From positions 1-51,356 of the IMG/VR virus record IMGVR_UViG_3300001202_000003: 51,356 nt of DNA; one strand, given 5' to 3'. Under the pieces are notes generated by a model. That model worked only from the letters and a program-made list of their open reading frames with translations, was not told the DNA's origin and ran no database searches. A program made the translations under genes and the position numbers. Below are positions 7,181 through 17,073 of the stretch, in pieces (positions within the stretch are counted from its first letter, which is position 1; every line of letters starts with the position of its first letter). Source of the DNA: a virus.

Positions 7181-9283
7181 ATGGTTAAAAGAGCTAAACG
7201 TGTTAAAAGTGTTGGTAGTGAAAGATTAACTATCAGTGATAGATCATTAAGTAAGAAAAAACATGATGAATTATTAACTTGGTTGTTTGATCGTATTATG
7301 CCTGCTTATTGTGAGCACACGGACAGAGTTTATTTGTATGATTGTGTTACAGAGGGTTTAGCTGCTAAGTACGAGAACAAAGGTTTTGAGAAAGAGCGGG
7401 AGATAGCTTACGCAAAAGGTCAGACCTCTATTCAAAGTGATATTAAATACCCTAAAGTTTTGGGTAATGTTAATGATATCGCGGCCAATGTTATTAATAT
7501 TTTGTTTCCGGCCAGACAAATGTATGGTAGCGTTGAGACGAGTCCCACCAAACAAGATATTACTGCTGCATTTGTCAGCGAGATGAATAAAAACTCTCGT
7601 AAGTTTAAACATTTTACTAATATGACTAAATGTATTACTGACGCAATTGCTTATAATGTTGCTATCGTTGAGAATGATTATCTTGAGGTTAAGGGTTACA
7701 CTGGTAGTAAAACTCGTGAGCGAAGTAATTTAAGTGCTACTAATAATACACAGATTATTAAACGTGGTACTAGGTTGAAACATTTGGATATTTACAATAC
7801 GATATTGGATTGGTCAGCTGACATTGAGAATTATAGTACTGACGCTGAATTTTACGTAAAGGTTGAGCGAGTTACTGATAACGATCTACTGCGTAAGCAA
7901 GAACAAGGCGAGATACTCTTAGCTAATGATATATTAAATTTGCTTAGAAGGCCTAAAGTTAACGGTGGTAAGATTGAAACTTCCAGTAAAGGCAGTCCTT
8001 TTTATAACACAGGGCATTTTTCTACTACTGTGCTTGGTAACCGTGGGGGAAGCAGTTTTGCGGGCATGTATCATTATCGCTGTGATTTTAGATCGAGATA
8101 TAATCATATTAGAGAACACTACAGTCATGAGGATAATAATAAACCATTTGATCATATTAAAAGTATTTACGGTAGTGATGGTGAGCGCATAAAAGAAAAA
8201 CAAACGGCACTGAATGAACTAGTTACTATTACAATTAGAGCCAGTGAAGAAGATATTGGTTTAAGTTCAAAACAAGGGACAGCTCGTGATCAAAGCGATG
8301 GGAAGAATATTAGAAAAATATGGCGCATTGGTATTGTTAACGGTATACGTATCGTTAGTATTGATGAAATTGCTACAAACCACGGAATGTTACCTTGTTC
8401 AGTAACTGTCCCTAAGACTGAGCTTAGTGACACTTGTAGTTTAAGCTTAAGTGAACAGTTATTGCCGTTTCAGGAAGCTGATAGCTCATTAATGAATATT
8501 TTTATTAAGCAAGCTAGAAGTGATAAAAACAAAGGTTTAACTTTTTATGCTAAAGAGATAGTGGACTTAGATGAATGGGCGGACCCTACTACTGGACGTA
8601 TTGGTGTTAATTTAAAAAATAAGAGTGGTCCTGATGGTAAAAACTATCGTTTGCAAGATTTAGTGCATAATGTGCAAGGGCATCCTATTAATAGAAGTCT
8701 TATTGAAGGTATGGGTTTACTGGAGCAAAAATCTCAGGATATATTTCCAACACAGAGTGTTGATCAGCTAGCAAATTTAAATAGACCTGTGACACATCAA
8801 AGTAGGTCACTAACACAGTTGCAGAATTTACCAGTGTTCATTTTTGCGAGAACTATTCATGATGAGTTGTTAGAACCACAAAACTATATGCATGTTATGG
8901 ATATTATTAATAATAATGATACTATTAGCATGATGAATAGTGAGGGTAACGAAGAACAAGTCGACCCTACTACTTTAGATTTAGAAAGTGTTGACTTAGC
9001 CGTTAGTGATGGTTTACGCGGTATTGATACTATTGCAGTCATGGATAGATTAAATCAAATACTACAGTATGCTTTCCAATCACCGGAAGTATTAAGAGAG
9101 TACGATGTTATGCTCATAGCTGATTACTTGTTGAAGATGGAAGGTGCCAATATTGAGATGGAAGCGTTTAAGTTCCAAAATCCTTTTGATGCATTACCAC
9201 CGGAACAGAAAGAGTTAGCAGTTCAATTATTACAACAAGCAGCTGCCGAGCAAGGTAATGATGACGGTGGGGGTGAATTATAA
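7181..9283 (+). CDS. Portal protein
   Basis: 700 aa, directly downstream of terL with a 2-nt gap, and an acidic C-terminus. The call rests on position and size. Confidence 0.75.
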   Translation: MVKRAKRVKSVGSERLTISDRSLSKKKHDELLTWLFDRIMPAYCEHTDRVYLYDCVTEGLAAKYENKGFEKEREIAYAKGQTSIQSDIKYPKVLGNVNDIAANVINILFPARQMYGSVETSPTKQDITAAFVSEMNKNSRKFKHFTNMTKCITDAIAYNVAIVENDYLEVKGYTGSKTRERSNLSATNNTQIIKRGTRLKHLDIYNTILDWSADIENYSTDAEFYVKVERVTDNDLLRKQEQGEILLANDILNLLRRPKVNGGKIETSSKGSPFYNTGHFSTTVLGNRGGSSFAGMYHYRCDFRSRYNHIREHYSHEDNNKPFDHIKSIYGSDGERIKEKQTALNELVTITIRASEEDIGLSSKQGTARDQSDGKNIRKIWRIGIVNGIRIVSIDEIATNHGMLPCSVTVPKTELSDTCSLSLSEQLLPFQEADSSLMNIFIKQARSDKNKGLTFYAKEIVDLDEWADPTTGRIGVNLKNKSGPDGKNYRLQDLVHNVQGHPINRSLIEGMGLLEQKSQDIFPTQSVDQLANLNRPVTHQSRSLTQLQNLPVFIFARTIHDELLEPQNYMHVMDIINNNDTISMMNSEGNEEQVDPTTLDLESVDLAVSDGLRGIDTIAVMDRLNQILQYAFQSPEVLREYDVMLIADYLLKMEGANIEMEAFKFQNPFDALPPEQKELAVQLLQQAAAEQGNDDGGGEL

Positions 9284-9326
9284 AATAGGTTACCCAAGTT
9301 TTAATGAAATTTAATAGTACAATTAG

Positions 9327-9480
9327 AAAATTTTGGGCTGGATAAGTAAGGTGTTTACAAACGTATTTTATTGTTTCCTAGTGAACGTAAGTGAACGGCG
9401 TAGCCGTGATCGCAGCGTTAGCGTAAAACAATAAAACTTGGTTTGTCAATACTTTACGAAGGCTCCAGACCATTAAATTT
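9327..9480 (+). repeat. E1: GC-rich structured intergenic element, family copy 1 of 5 (sense to local transcription)
   Basis: Ends AAAATTTTGGGCTGGA ... AAGGCTCCAGACCATTAAATTT. Internal pairs are GTGTTTACAAAC/GTTTGTCAATAC and TTTTATTGTTT/AAACAATAAAA. Central hairpin ACGGC-gta-GCCGT is followed by GATCGCAGCGTTAGCGT. Confidence 0.85.
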
Positions 9481-9508
9481 TTGACACAACTAAAGAAAGG
9501 AAATAGTA

Positions 9509-10318
9509 ATGTCAAATTCATCAGCAAACCCAGCAGGGTCGTTATTTGGACAATCATCAGCACTAGCAGGAGGGGTTATCACAGATAAACCAGACAATAA
9601 ACCTCTTAGTAATGAAATTCAAAAAAACAATAATGACTTTGTTAACAATCCCCAAAATATTAATGATACTATTTTGAAAAAAGCTGAAAATAACGACCCT
9701 GCTCAACTTGCGGAAATGTTGACAACAGGTGCTGTTCTGATAGACCATGAAGATGAAGGAAAAAATAAAAACATTACCAATACTAATCCTCAAGAGTTTA
9801 AAGATGAAAAAGGTAATATCATCTCTCAAGAGCAAAGTATTATTAATGAATTAGCTAAAGATTATAAAGGCGAGACATTCTTACCGGATGATGTAACTGA
9901 AAAAATAACAGAAGGTATTACAAATGGAAACTTATCGCCATTAACTGAAGCAATGGAAGCTGTTGGTAACAATGCCTTTGCTAGGGCAATGCAATCGTTT
10001 CTTAAACTAATACCTGAAATTATTAATAGTACAGAAATGGCAGTATTAGATAAAGTAGGTTCTCAAAACCAAGTTAATGACGTTTGGTCCGAATTTATGT
10101 CTGCTTACCCGGGTTATTCTCGCGATAATGCTCTTGCTAAAGAACATGTTATAAAAGGTATTGAAGGCGGGCGTAGTAAAGAAGAAGTATTTGCCGCTGT
10201 TGATATCATCTTTAGCGGTACTAAGAAAAAACAAGAAGCTGATAATCAGGGTTTTGAAAAATTCTCACCAGAAGAAAATTCAAAACCATTTGATTTAGAT
10301 GCTTTAATAAATTCGTAA
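9509..10318 (+). CDS. Scaffolding protein candidate
   Basis: 269 aa, acidic and low-complexity, between the portal and the major capsid gene. Strong AAAGAAAGGAAA ribosome-binding site. Confidence 0.5.
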   Translation: MSNSSANPAGSLFGQSSALAGGVITDKPDNKPLSNEIQKNNNDFVNNPQNINDTILKKAENNDPAQLAEMLTTGAVLIDHEDEGKNKNITNTNPQEFKDEKGNIISQEQSIINELAKDYKGETFLPDDVTEKITEGITNGNLSPLTEAMEAVGNNAFARAMQSFLKLIPEIINSTEMAVLDKVGSQNQVNDVWSEFMSAYPGYSRDNALAKEHVIKGIEGGRSKEEVFAAVDIIFSGTKKKQEADNQGFEKFSPEENSKPFDLDALINS

Positions 10319-10348
10319 TTAATTTAAACAAAGCTTAAGGAATTTAAA

Positions 10349-11584
10349 ATGGCGCAAAAAGGTTTATATAGTACTCTGGACGTTGAAAGTCGTAGCGTAA
10401 AACAAGGTTTTGAAGGTGCTTTGATGTACTATGAAATGGCTAATATGGCGCCATTAATAGCTATGATGGGTGCGAAGTCTAATCGTAACTATAATGACAT
10501 TCGTATTGAATGGTCAGAAGCACAACATATTACAGGCGTTAATGGTATTATTGATTATCATAATGACCCCAAAGGCTGTGTACTATCATTTGCTGATACT
10601 TCATGGGTTACTGAAAATACTTTGTTCCTAGTTATTCGTACTGGTGAAATTATTTTTGTTCACTCAGTCGATGGTAATGTTGTCACTGTGGAACGTGGTT
10701 TTGGTGATACTGATTGTCTACCTATTAATGTTAATGCTAGTACCGACGAAGTAATTCAACGTATTGGTACAGCGTTCCCAGAAGGTAGTGAGCGCCCTGA
10801 CCCGATTAGTTTTTACAACATCAGTAAAGTTAATTATAACCAGATTTTCCGTAATACATGGGCTGTGACACGTACTGCTGCCATGCTTAAGTACACAGAT
10901 GGCGATTTGATGAAAAAGCTAAAACAAGAAAGTCTTATGATGCATATGCGTGATATTGAAATGACTTTGCTGTTTGGTGTTAAATCGTTATCATATCAAG
11001 ACCAACGACCTCTGCGGACAATGGATGGTCTTTACAGGCAACTTTGTACTAATATTGGTTGTCCCTACGACGGTGTTCTTACGGTGCCTATGCTTGATAA
11101 CTTTATTGAGCGTGTTATGGAGCATAATATTAAAGGCAAGCCGCAACGGCACATCGCTTTTTGTGGTCGTGGTTTCTTGACACTAATAAACCGTATGGCA
11201 CGTCTATCTCAGCAATATCAAGTAGATGGAACACAAGACTTCTTTGGACAAGTTATTAACACATGGCGTACTCCGCACGGAACTATTCGTTTAATGGTTC
11301 ATGATTTGTTGTCTGAGATTCCGGGCTACCGCAATGATTTTATTCTTCTACACCAAGATACAGTAGAACTTTACTACATGTATGAAGGCAAAGAAGAACA
11401 TATGGGTATCCAAGGTAATGATGGTGTTGACGCTCATATTGGTGGTTATATTACTGAAATGACTATGAAGGTTAATATGGAACTAGCTTCTGGTTATATG
11501 ACCGGTGTGTGTGATGTTGCTGGCGAGAGCCAACCATTCTATCTAGTAAATCCGCATGAAAGTACTCCAAATCCGGGCTGCTAA
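10349..11584 (+). CDS. Major capsid protein
   Basis: 411 aa, follows the scaffold-like gene, strong AAGGA ribosome-binding site, and a strong terminator immediately downstream. Confidence 0.7.
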   Translation: MAQKGLYSTLDVESRSVKQGFEGALMYYEMANMAPLIAMMGAKSNRNYNDIRIEWSEAQHITGVNGIIDYHNDPKGCVLSFADTSWVTENTLFLVIRTGEIIFVHSVDGNVVTVERGFGDTDCLPINVNASTDEVIQRIGTAFPEGSERPDPISFYNISKVNYNQIFRNTWAVTRTAAMLKYTDGDLMKKLKQESLMMHMRDIEMTLLFGVKSLSYQDQRPLRTMDGLYRQLCTNIGCPYDGVLTVPMLDNFIERVMEHNIKGKPQRHIAFCGRGFLTLINRMARLSQQYQVDGTQDFFGQVINTWRTPHGTIRLMVHDLLSEIPGYRNDFILLHQDTVELYYMYEGKEEHMGIQGNDGVDAHIGGYITEMTMKVNMELASGYMTGVCDVAGESQPFYLVNPHESTPNPGC

Positions 11585-11608
11585 TACATTTATTACAGCT
11601 TGTTGTGG

Positions 11609-11651
11609 AAGGGCGGTAGTGTTTCTTTAGTTGTGCGCTACCGCCCTTTTT
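11609..11651 (+). terminator. Rho-independent terminator after the capsid gene
   Basis: AAGGGCGGTAG-18 nt loop-CTACCGCCCTT followed by a T run. Confidence 0.8.
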
Positions 11652-11696
11652 ATTAATATAAAAAACAACTAAACCACAACAATTAAGGAAAATATT

Positions 11697-12527
11697 ATGA
11701 AAGATACAATCGAAAATCAAGAACAAAAACTGATTAATTCATTAGCTGAAAATAATAGAACTAATAATGGTTTAATTAGTCAAATGGCCGACCCTACTAA
11801 AAAAGATGGTAATAACCTTTTTGGGGTTACGTCTTCCACGCGCGAAGAAGGTACTGGTAATGAAATGGGTTTACCTAAAGCCACGATAGCTCACGCCTCA
11901 GAAGTTGACAGTGATATTGTTCACCAGTCAGCCCCTACAAATTTAATAACAGATACTGTTGCAGGTAAAGAATATAATAATTCCATATTTAAATCATTAC
12001 CTAAAGATGATGAAGTTAGCGGCGAAGTTAAAGAGCTTCTTCTTAAAACTAGGCAAAATGAAGAAAGCGGTCGTCAAGAATACATCGTAGCTCGTCATTT
12101 TGCGCAAACTAGTAATAGAAAAGGTGCTGTTATTTACGTACCTCATTTCATTAAAGGTCGCGGTGAAACTACTATTAATATCGAATTTGAAAATGGTTTA
12201 TATTCAACAACTAATGTTCAAATTGTAAATGCTTTGCAAGAAGCTATTAATAGAAAAGCTGGAGCTGGCGCTGTTATACAAGAAATTAGTCAGGCTCATT
12301 ATGCTCAAATTTTATCTTCTGAAAGACAAGCAAAACGTCTACGTACTATTGGCGGCCTTGTCAATACTGCTGATATTTCACCAGCTACTGGTGGTAAATC
12401 TGCTATTGATCTTAAAAACGAAAATGAAAAACTTCAACGTGAATTGTTACAACAGCAAGAACTGGTAAAACAATTGCAAGCTGATGCTATAAAAGACACT
12501 AACGCAGGTTTATTTAACAAGCAATAA
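11697..12527 (+). CDS. Virion-module hypothetical protein, 276 aa, with a C-terminal coiled coil
   Basis: AAGGAAAA ribosome-binding site, in the head module. No family recognised. Confidence 0.6.
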   Translation: MKDTIENQEQKLINSLAENNRTNNGLISQMADPTKKDGNNLFGVTSSTREEGTGNEMGLPKATIAHASEVDSDIVHQSAPTNLITDTVAGKEYNNSIFKSLPKDDEVSGEVKELLLKTRQNEESGRQEYIVARHFAQTSNRKGAVIYVPHFIKGRGETTINIEFENGLYSTTNVQIVNALQEAINRKAGAGAVIQEISQAHYAQILSSERQAKRLRTIGGLVNTADISPATGGKSAIDLKNENEKLQRELLQQQELVKQLQADAIKDTNAGLFNKQ

Positions 12528-12528
12528 A

Positions 12529-13245
12529 ATGACAAAAACTTTTTCTGAAACAGTAGATATTGTCGCAGCGCAGAGTGGCTATCAAAGTAATATTTCTTTC
12601 GTTGCTACAGCGGTAAATAGAGCTTTAAAACTAGCCTCTCCGCATCGGCATTATTCTATGCTTCAAGAAAAACGTTACGCCATTAATAATCCTAGAGGTA
12701 AAAGATTAAAAGAACATAGTTTAGATTTACCTTTTGATTTTAGAATAATGCTGGCTGTTCGTGCTGACAATAGACTTAGTATTGCAAAGAAAAATCCTGG
12801 TCTGGGTCAATTAATATCAGATCAACAGCATTCACCTATATTTTACTATCTTGCTGGAGACACGCTGCATGTTAGAGCGCCTATTATTAAATGCTTAGAT
12901 ATAGCATACTATAAAGTATTGCCTAATTTTCTCTATTACTCAGTAGAAAAAAGATTACTTCGATCAGCACAATCAGAAATAGATGCTTTATTTGAATATC
13001 GGTATCCTGATACTGATGATTGGGTGGCTTATAATAGTGATGACGCTAGGCATTTAAAATCATATAATAGACATGTTAATTGGTTACTGCGTGATTACAA
13101 TGACGTTATAATTACAGGTGCTTTATCTAACACCTATAACGCTAAGGGTAATATTGAGGTAGGTGGTAGATTGTTCCAACAATTTCAACAAAGTATTAGA
13201 GATATTAAATCATTGTACGATGAAACAAGAGAAGGCGAATACTAA
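12529..13245 (+). CDS. Virion-module hypothetical protein, 238 aa; adaptor or head-tail connector is possible
   Basis: Packed tightly against the flanking genes. The functional guess rests on position only. Confidence 0.55.
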   Translation: MTKTFSETVDIVAAQSGYQSNISFVATAVNRALKLASPHRHYSMLQEKRYAINNPRGKRLKEHSLDLPFDFRIMLAVRADNRLSIAKKNPGLGQLISDQQHSPIFYYLAGDTLHVRAPIIKCLDIAYYKVLPNFLYYSVEKRLLRSAQSEIDALFEYRYPDTDDWVAYNSDDARHLKSYNRHVNWLLRDYNDVIITGALSNTYNAKGNIEVGGRLFQQFQQSIRDIKSLYDETREGEY

Positions 13246-13246
13246 A

Positions 13247-13483
13247 ATGTTAAAAAAATTATTCCCAAAATTTTTCAACAAACGTCAAGCTACAGAAATT
13301 TCAACAGTTAATAAACCTTCTCGTAGTAAAATTAACTACCTATCAGCTTTAGCATGGCTAGCAGGCTTGTCAGCTACTTTTGGATTACTAACACCAGAGC
13401 AAGCTGAAATGACTAAAGAAGTTATTCTTGTTTCATTGCCTCCTATTATAATGCTATTACGTACATTTTTTACAAACAAGTAA
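13247..13483 (+). CDS. Small membrane protein, 78 aa
   Basis: The ATG at 13247 lies 1 nt after the upstream stop. The track start at 13163 overlaps the previous gene. Transmembrane helix LSALAWLAGLSATFGLL. Confidence 0.5.
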   Translation: MLKKLFPKFFNKRQATEISTVNKPSRSKINYLSALAWLAGLSATFGLLTPEQAEMTKEVILVSLPPIIMLLRTFFTNK

Positions 13484-13495
13484 AGTTTATTTTAA

Positions 13496-15184
13496 ATGCC
13501 ATCCATAACACAAGGCGCTAATAACATTGGCGGATTTTTACCAACATTTGCTAATACGCAAAATGGCGAAGTGCGTGTGCTTAATGGTCGTAATTTTCGC
13601 TGGCATTATGACGGTCCTTTTAGTGGCTGGGGTAATACTGCTGTTAGTGATGTGTTTCCTGTTTGTGATGATTTACCTTACTATGGGTTATTTATAATTG
13701 ATGACAGATCAATATTAGCAACACCTTATGGTATTTATGGGCAAAATAATAATTACCAGTGGGTTAAAGAATTTGAGTTAATACCTACTGGTTTAGATAA
13801 AACAGATGCTGATTATCCTTGGACCTATGCTTTTGTGGGTGATACACACTACCTATCACATCCTACAGTAGGTATTATTGGTTATAATTCTTATACATGT
13901 TCTTGGAAAAAGGTAAAGTTGTACTGCTGCATCGGTGATGACGGAGATACCGTTGCCAAAGAATTAGCGAAAGTCACTAGATACTACGACTACGAAGTGC
14001 CTAAAGTATGTAAAGAAAATATTATTTACTCGATTACATCAGCAGGTAATAGATTAATTCTACAAGCAAAAGATACCATTGGACACAGTGCAATTGATGA
14101 TGGCCATAGATTAGAATGCGATCCTTTTTGCGGTGGTGGTTTTGTAAGTAGTAGTATGCTGCGCTATGGTAAACCTTTAGGTGTATTTAAAACATTGAAT
14201 GGATTTATTGCTTTTAGTACGATGGGTGTTATGCAGGCTAGAAATTTAGAAAGTCTTGCTGCTTTTCAATACGAAAATGTAAATTATAACGAAGTCCCAA
14301 TTAATCCTTGGGCTATTACTTCTTTTGGTGATGGTTTCCAGTTAGTATTTATGGGTAAATCAGAATTAAATCTAGGTAGTCTTAATAGAGAAACTTTTGT
14401 TATCCAGCCTTTTGAATTAGAAATGGGTAGCTGGCTCGCAGAAAAAGAATTTATTAAACAACAAACACTAACTAATCAACACGCTGTAGCTTTATTTTAC
14501 TCCAAAGAAACTAAAGAATTGTTTGTTTCTTTAAATCCTCATGTTGATAAAAATAGGCAAGAAAATGTATATACTAGAAGTTTAGTATATAATGTCAAGT
14601 ATAAAAAATGGTGTAGTTTTGATCAATGGCATAGAATTATTGGGCCTGTAAATGGTATTAACAGCCAACTGTATTACTACACTCTTGGATTTTTTGGCGA
14701 AGATAAAGCATTGCATTGTTATAACTATAGTGATTATAATACCTACTGCAATTGCAAAAAAGACTTAGATAGTTTTATTGAAATAGGTTTATTCGGTGTT
14801 CAGTCAGAAAGTACAACAAACATAGAAAGTAAACTGTGTGATTTTACTATCTACGTAGAAAATAATGCCGATTTATTAAACAATGAATTAAACAATCAAC
14901 TAGCTCAGTCAGAATTTGAAGACAACTATCGTACTAAATCAATGTTTAAATTTAACGCTGATGTTAATGTTAATAGCTCTCTTGATGGTTATACAAGAAT
15001 AATTAATTCTAACTTTAAACCAGTGGAAAAAGAAAATAGTATTGATAGTATTTTTAGTAAAAATTACAGTTGCGAAACAAGCGGATTATATCATAGTATT
15101 ATTTTAACCGCTTGCGGGGTCAACCAGTTTTACTCATTAAAACAAATAATGGTTCAGCTGCAAACTAATGGAACTACAGCCTGA
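13496..15184 (+). CDS. Tail or structural protein, 562 aa
   Basis: Large ORF in the virion module. No family recognised. Confidence 0.6.
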   Translation: MPSITQGANNIGGFLPTFANTQNGEVRVLNGRNFRWHYDGPFSGWGNTAVSDVFPVCDDLPYYGLFIIDDRSILATPYGIYGQNNNYQWVKEFELIPTGLDKTDADYPWTYAFVGDTHYLSHPTVGIIGYNSYTCSWKKVKLYCCIGDDGDTVAKELAKVTRYYDYEVPKVCKENIIYSITSAGNRLILQAKDTIGHSAIDDGHRLECDPFCGGGFVSSSMLRYGKPLGVFKTLNGFIAFSTMGVMQARNLESLAAFQYENVNYNEVPINPWAITSFGDGFQLVFMGKSELNLGSLNRETFVIQPFELEMGSWLAEKEFIKQQTLTNQHAVALFYSKETKELFVSLNPHVDKNRQENVYTRSLVYNVKYKKWCSFDQWHRIIGPVNGINSQLYYYTLGFFGEDKALHCYNYSDYNTYCNCKKDLDSFIEIGLFGVQSESTTNIESKLCDFTIYVENNADLLNNELNNQLAQSEFEDNYRTKSMFKFNADVNVNSSLDGYTRIINSNFKPVEKENSIDSIFSKNYSCETSGLYHSIILTACGVNQFYSLKQIMVQLQTNGTTA

Positions 15185-15199
15185 TAAAGGGGTCTAGTA

Positions 15200-15703
15200 A
15201 TGCAAAGAAATATTTCAGTAAAACAAAATGGTGGCCATGCTAGTATTAGTATTAGCCGTTTCTTCTATAATTCACGCGATAGAATGAAATATCGTGGTAA
15301 AAAAGGTGAGATTGTAGCTGATATGTGTGAGTGTCGTCGCGACACTGGTATTATTGATAATGATGGCAATCCTGTTTACGAGCCGATAGCTTCTTTGTAC
15401 GCACATGACGGCAAGACCTGCGGTGGTGTTCGCATAGGCGCTTTTGCTTGTGATATAGCTCCGCAAGAACCACCTGATCTTTGTGCATTGCTAGGCGAAC
15501 AATTCCCTGACCTTGGCAACCCATTAAATCTAATGATTATGCCGCCATTAATACCGCCTGTTATTGCTTGTGAAGTTCTTGACCAAATACCGCAATCAAC
15601 AGAAAGTATTGATTTAAATGTACAACCTCCTGTTATTCCAGCTCCTGATGCTTGTGAATTATTAGGACAAATTGGCGCTAGTGATAACGCTATTAATATT
15701 TAA
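15200..15703 (+). CDS. HDGKTCGGV-motif protein, paralog 1, with three PxxxC(A/E)(L/V)L(G/D)(E/Q) repeats
   Basis: Shares ...IV..xCE...HDGKTCGGV... with ORF 22533..22997. The repeats are PPDLCALLGEQ, PPVIACEVLDQI and APDACELLGQI. Confidence 0.65.
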   Translation: MQRNISVKQNGGHASISISRFFYNSRDRMKYRGKKGEIVADMCECRRDTGIIDNDGNPVYEPIASLYAHDGKTCGGVRIGAFACDIAPQEPPDLCALLGEQFPDLGNPLNLMIMPPLIPPVIACEVLDQIPQSTESIDLNVQPPVIPAPDACELLGQIGASDNAINI

Positions 15704-15748
15704 ATTAGATTTAAAATTAATTGTAATTTATTATGAAGGAATAATAAA

Positions 15749-17032
15749 ATGGCTGATGAAAAATTCGTATACGGCTACTGCTTAGATGCTGATGGTAATA
15801 GAGAGTGCCAAGCATTTCCTGTTATTGAGGGCCCTGTTGTTGATGAACTACATATTGTTAATTTTGATATTAATGGTAATGTTGCATCACTAACACGTAA
15901 TGACGGTGTCGTACTAAACTCTACTATTAATTTTCCAGCAGATGACCTAATCGCTGGTTTTAGTATTAATAATGGTGTTGCTAGCATTACAACTACTGAC
16001 GGTCAAACTTTTAATGCGCCACTACCTGCTGACAGTGACGTTACAGTTTCTAGTTTTACTATTGTAGGTAATGTAATCACGCTAACGTTGACAGACGGTA
16101 CAACACTACCCATCACTTTGCCGCCTGACAGCACTGGTGCTGCTGAAACTGACGGTATTCACCTTGATGGCGATGTAATGCCTATTTGGAATATTAATAA
16201 TAATACTGGTGTTGGCACAATTACTTACGCTACTGTTAATGATTTAACAGAAACAGCTGGCCCACCTTTAGTTTTACCTGTGGATTTATCATTCTTAATC
16301 TCACCTGCTTATTCTGCTGGTAATAATATTACATTTACGCCTACAGCTAATGGTTTTGAAATTAGTGCTACTGATACAGATACTGACCTTAGCAACACAT
16401 TTACTACACAGGCAAATGGCGATACGCTAGTAACACAAGTAGATATCAACGGTAATCCTACAGGTGTTACACACACTATTCCTGCGGGAACAACAGGTGT
16501 TGCCGACACTGGACCTCAAATTAAACAGAAAATCATAGACTGTTTAAATAATCCAGCAGAAGCAGCTATTACCGAAGATTTTATTTGTGAACTGATTAAA
16601 CGTGTTACTCCTGTCGCGACATTTACAAGTTTAGGTAATATTGTTCTTGACGGTGCTAACACCGAAGTACTGGGTGGAACTGTTCCTTACACTCGTAAGT
16701 TTACGAATTCACGGCTTGTTATTGAAGTAAAATCTTCAGTACAGTTTAGGGAAAACCCCGCATCAGGCACTGTTAACGCGGTAATTTTTTTACGGCAAAA
16801 CACTATTACTGGTGGTATTTATGATAGCGCTAGTACAGGTGCTGAGGCTCATAACTTAAACTCTACTGATTCACTTAGTTTAATAGCAGTTGATGATAGT
16901 AATGACGCCGCAACTGATTTCCTTGTCACAGCAGCGCCTACAAACGGCAGTACTGTTCTGGCTTCTTTGCGGTTGCTCTCAACACGTGTTATTATTACAG
17001 AGTACCCTCTTTGTGGGGCTGTGCCTGTTTAA
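15749..17032 (+). CDS. Tail fibre-like protein, 427 aa
   Basis: Three ~28-aa repeats (..GNVASLTRNDGVVLNSTINFPADD / ..NGVASITTTDGQTFNAPLPADSD / ..GNVITLTLTDGTTLPITLPPDS) and a T/G/N-rich composition. Confidence 0.55.
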   Translation: MADEKFVYGYCLDADGNRECQAFPVIEGPVVDELHIVNFDINGNVASLTRNDGVVLNSTINFPADDLIAGFSINNGVASITTTDGQTFNAPLPADSDVTVSSFTIVGNVITLTLTDGTTLPITLPPDSTGAAETDGIHLDGDVMPIWNINNNTGVGTITYATVNDLTETAGPPLVLPVDLSFLISPAYSAGNNITFTPTANGFEISATDTDTDLSNTFTTQANGDTLVTQVDINGNPTGVTHTIPAGTTGVADTGPQIKQKIIDCLNNPAEAAITEDFICELIKRVTPVATFTSLGNIVLDGANTEVLGGTVPYTRKFTNSRLVIEVKSSVQFRENPASGTVNAVIFLRQNTITGGIYDSASTGAEAHNLNSTDSLSLIAVDDSNDAATDFLVTAAPTNGSTVLASLRLLSTRVIITEYPLCGAVPV

Positions 17033-17073
17033 TAATTAATAGTAATTAATAGTAATGCTTTAAGGTGAATGAA

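Noticed and set aside
9327-9480. E-family elements as tRNA or tmRNA genes, or as hammerhead-type ribozymes
   Set aside because: No cloverleaf with T-loop GTTCGAAT-like or D-loop features can be drawn. The CUGANGA/GAAA hammerhead core is absent: only CTGACGC and CTGACAA occur. Other ribozyme classes cannot be excluded by eye.
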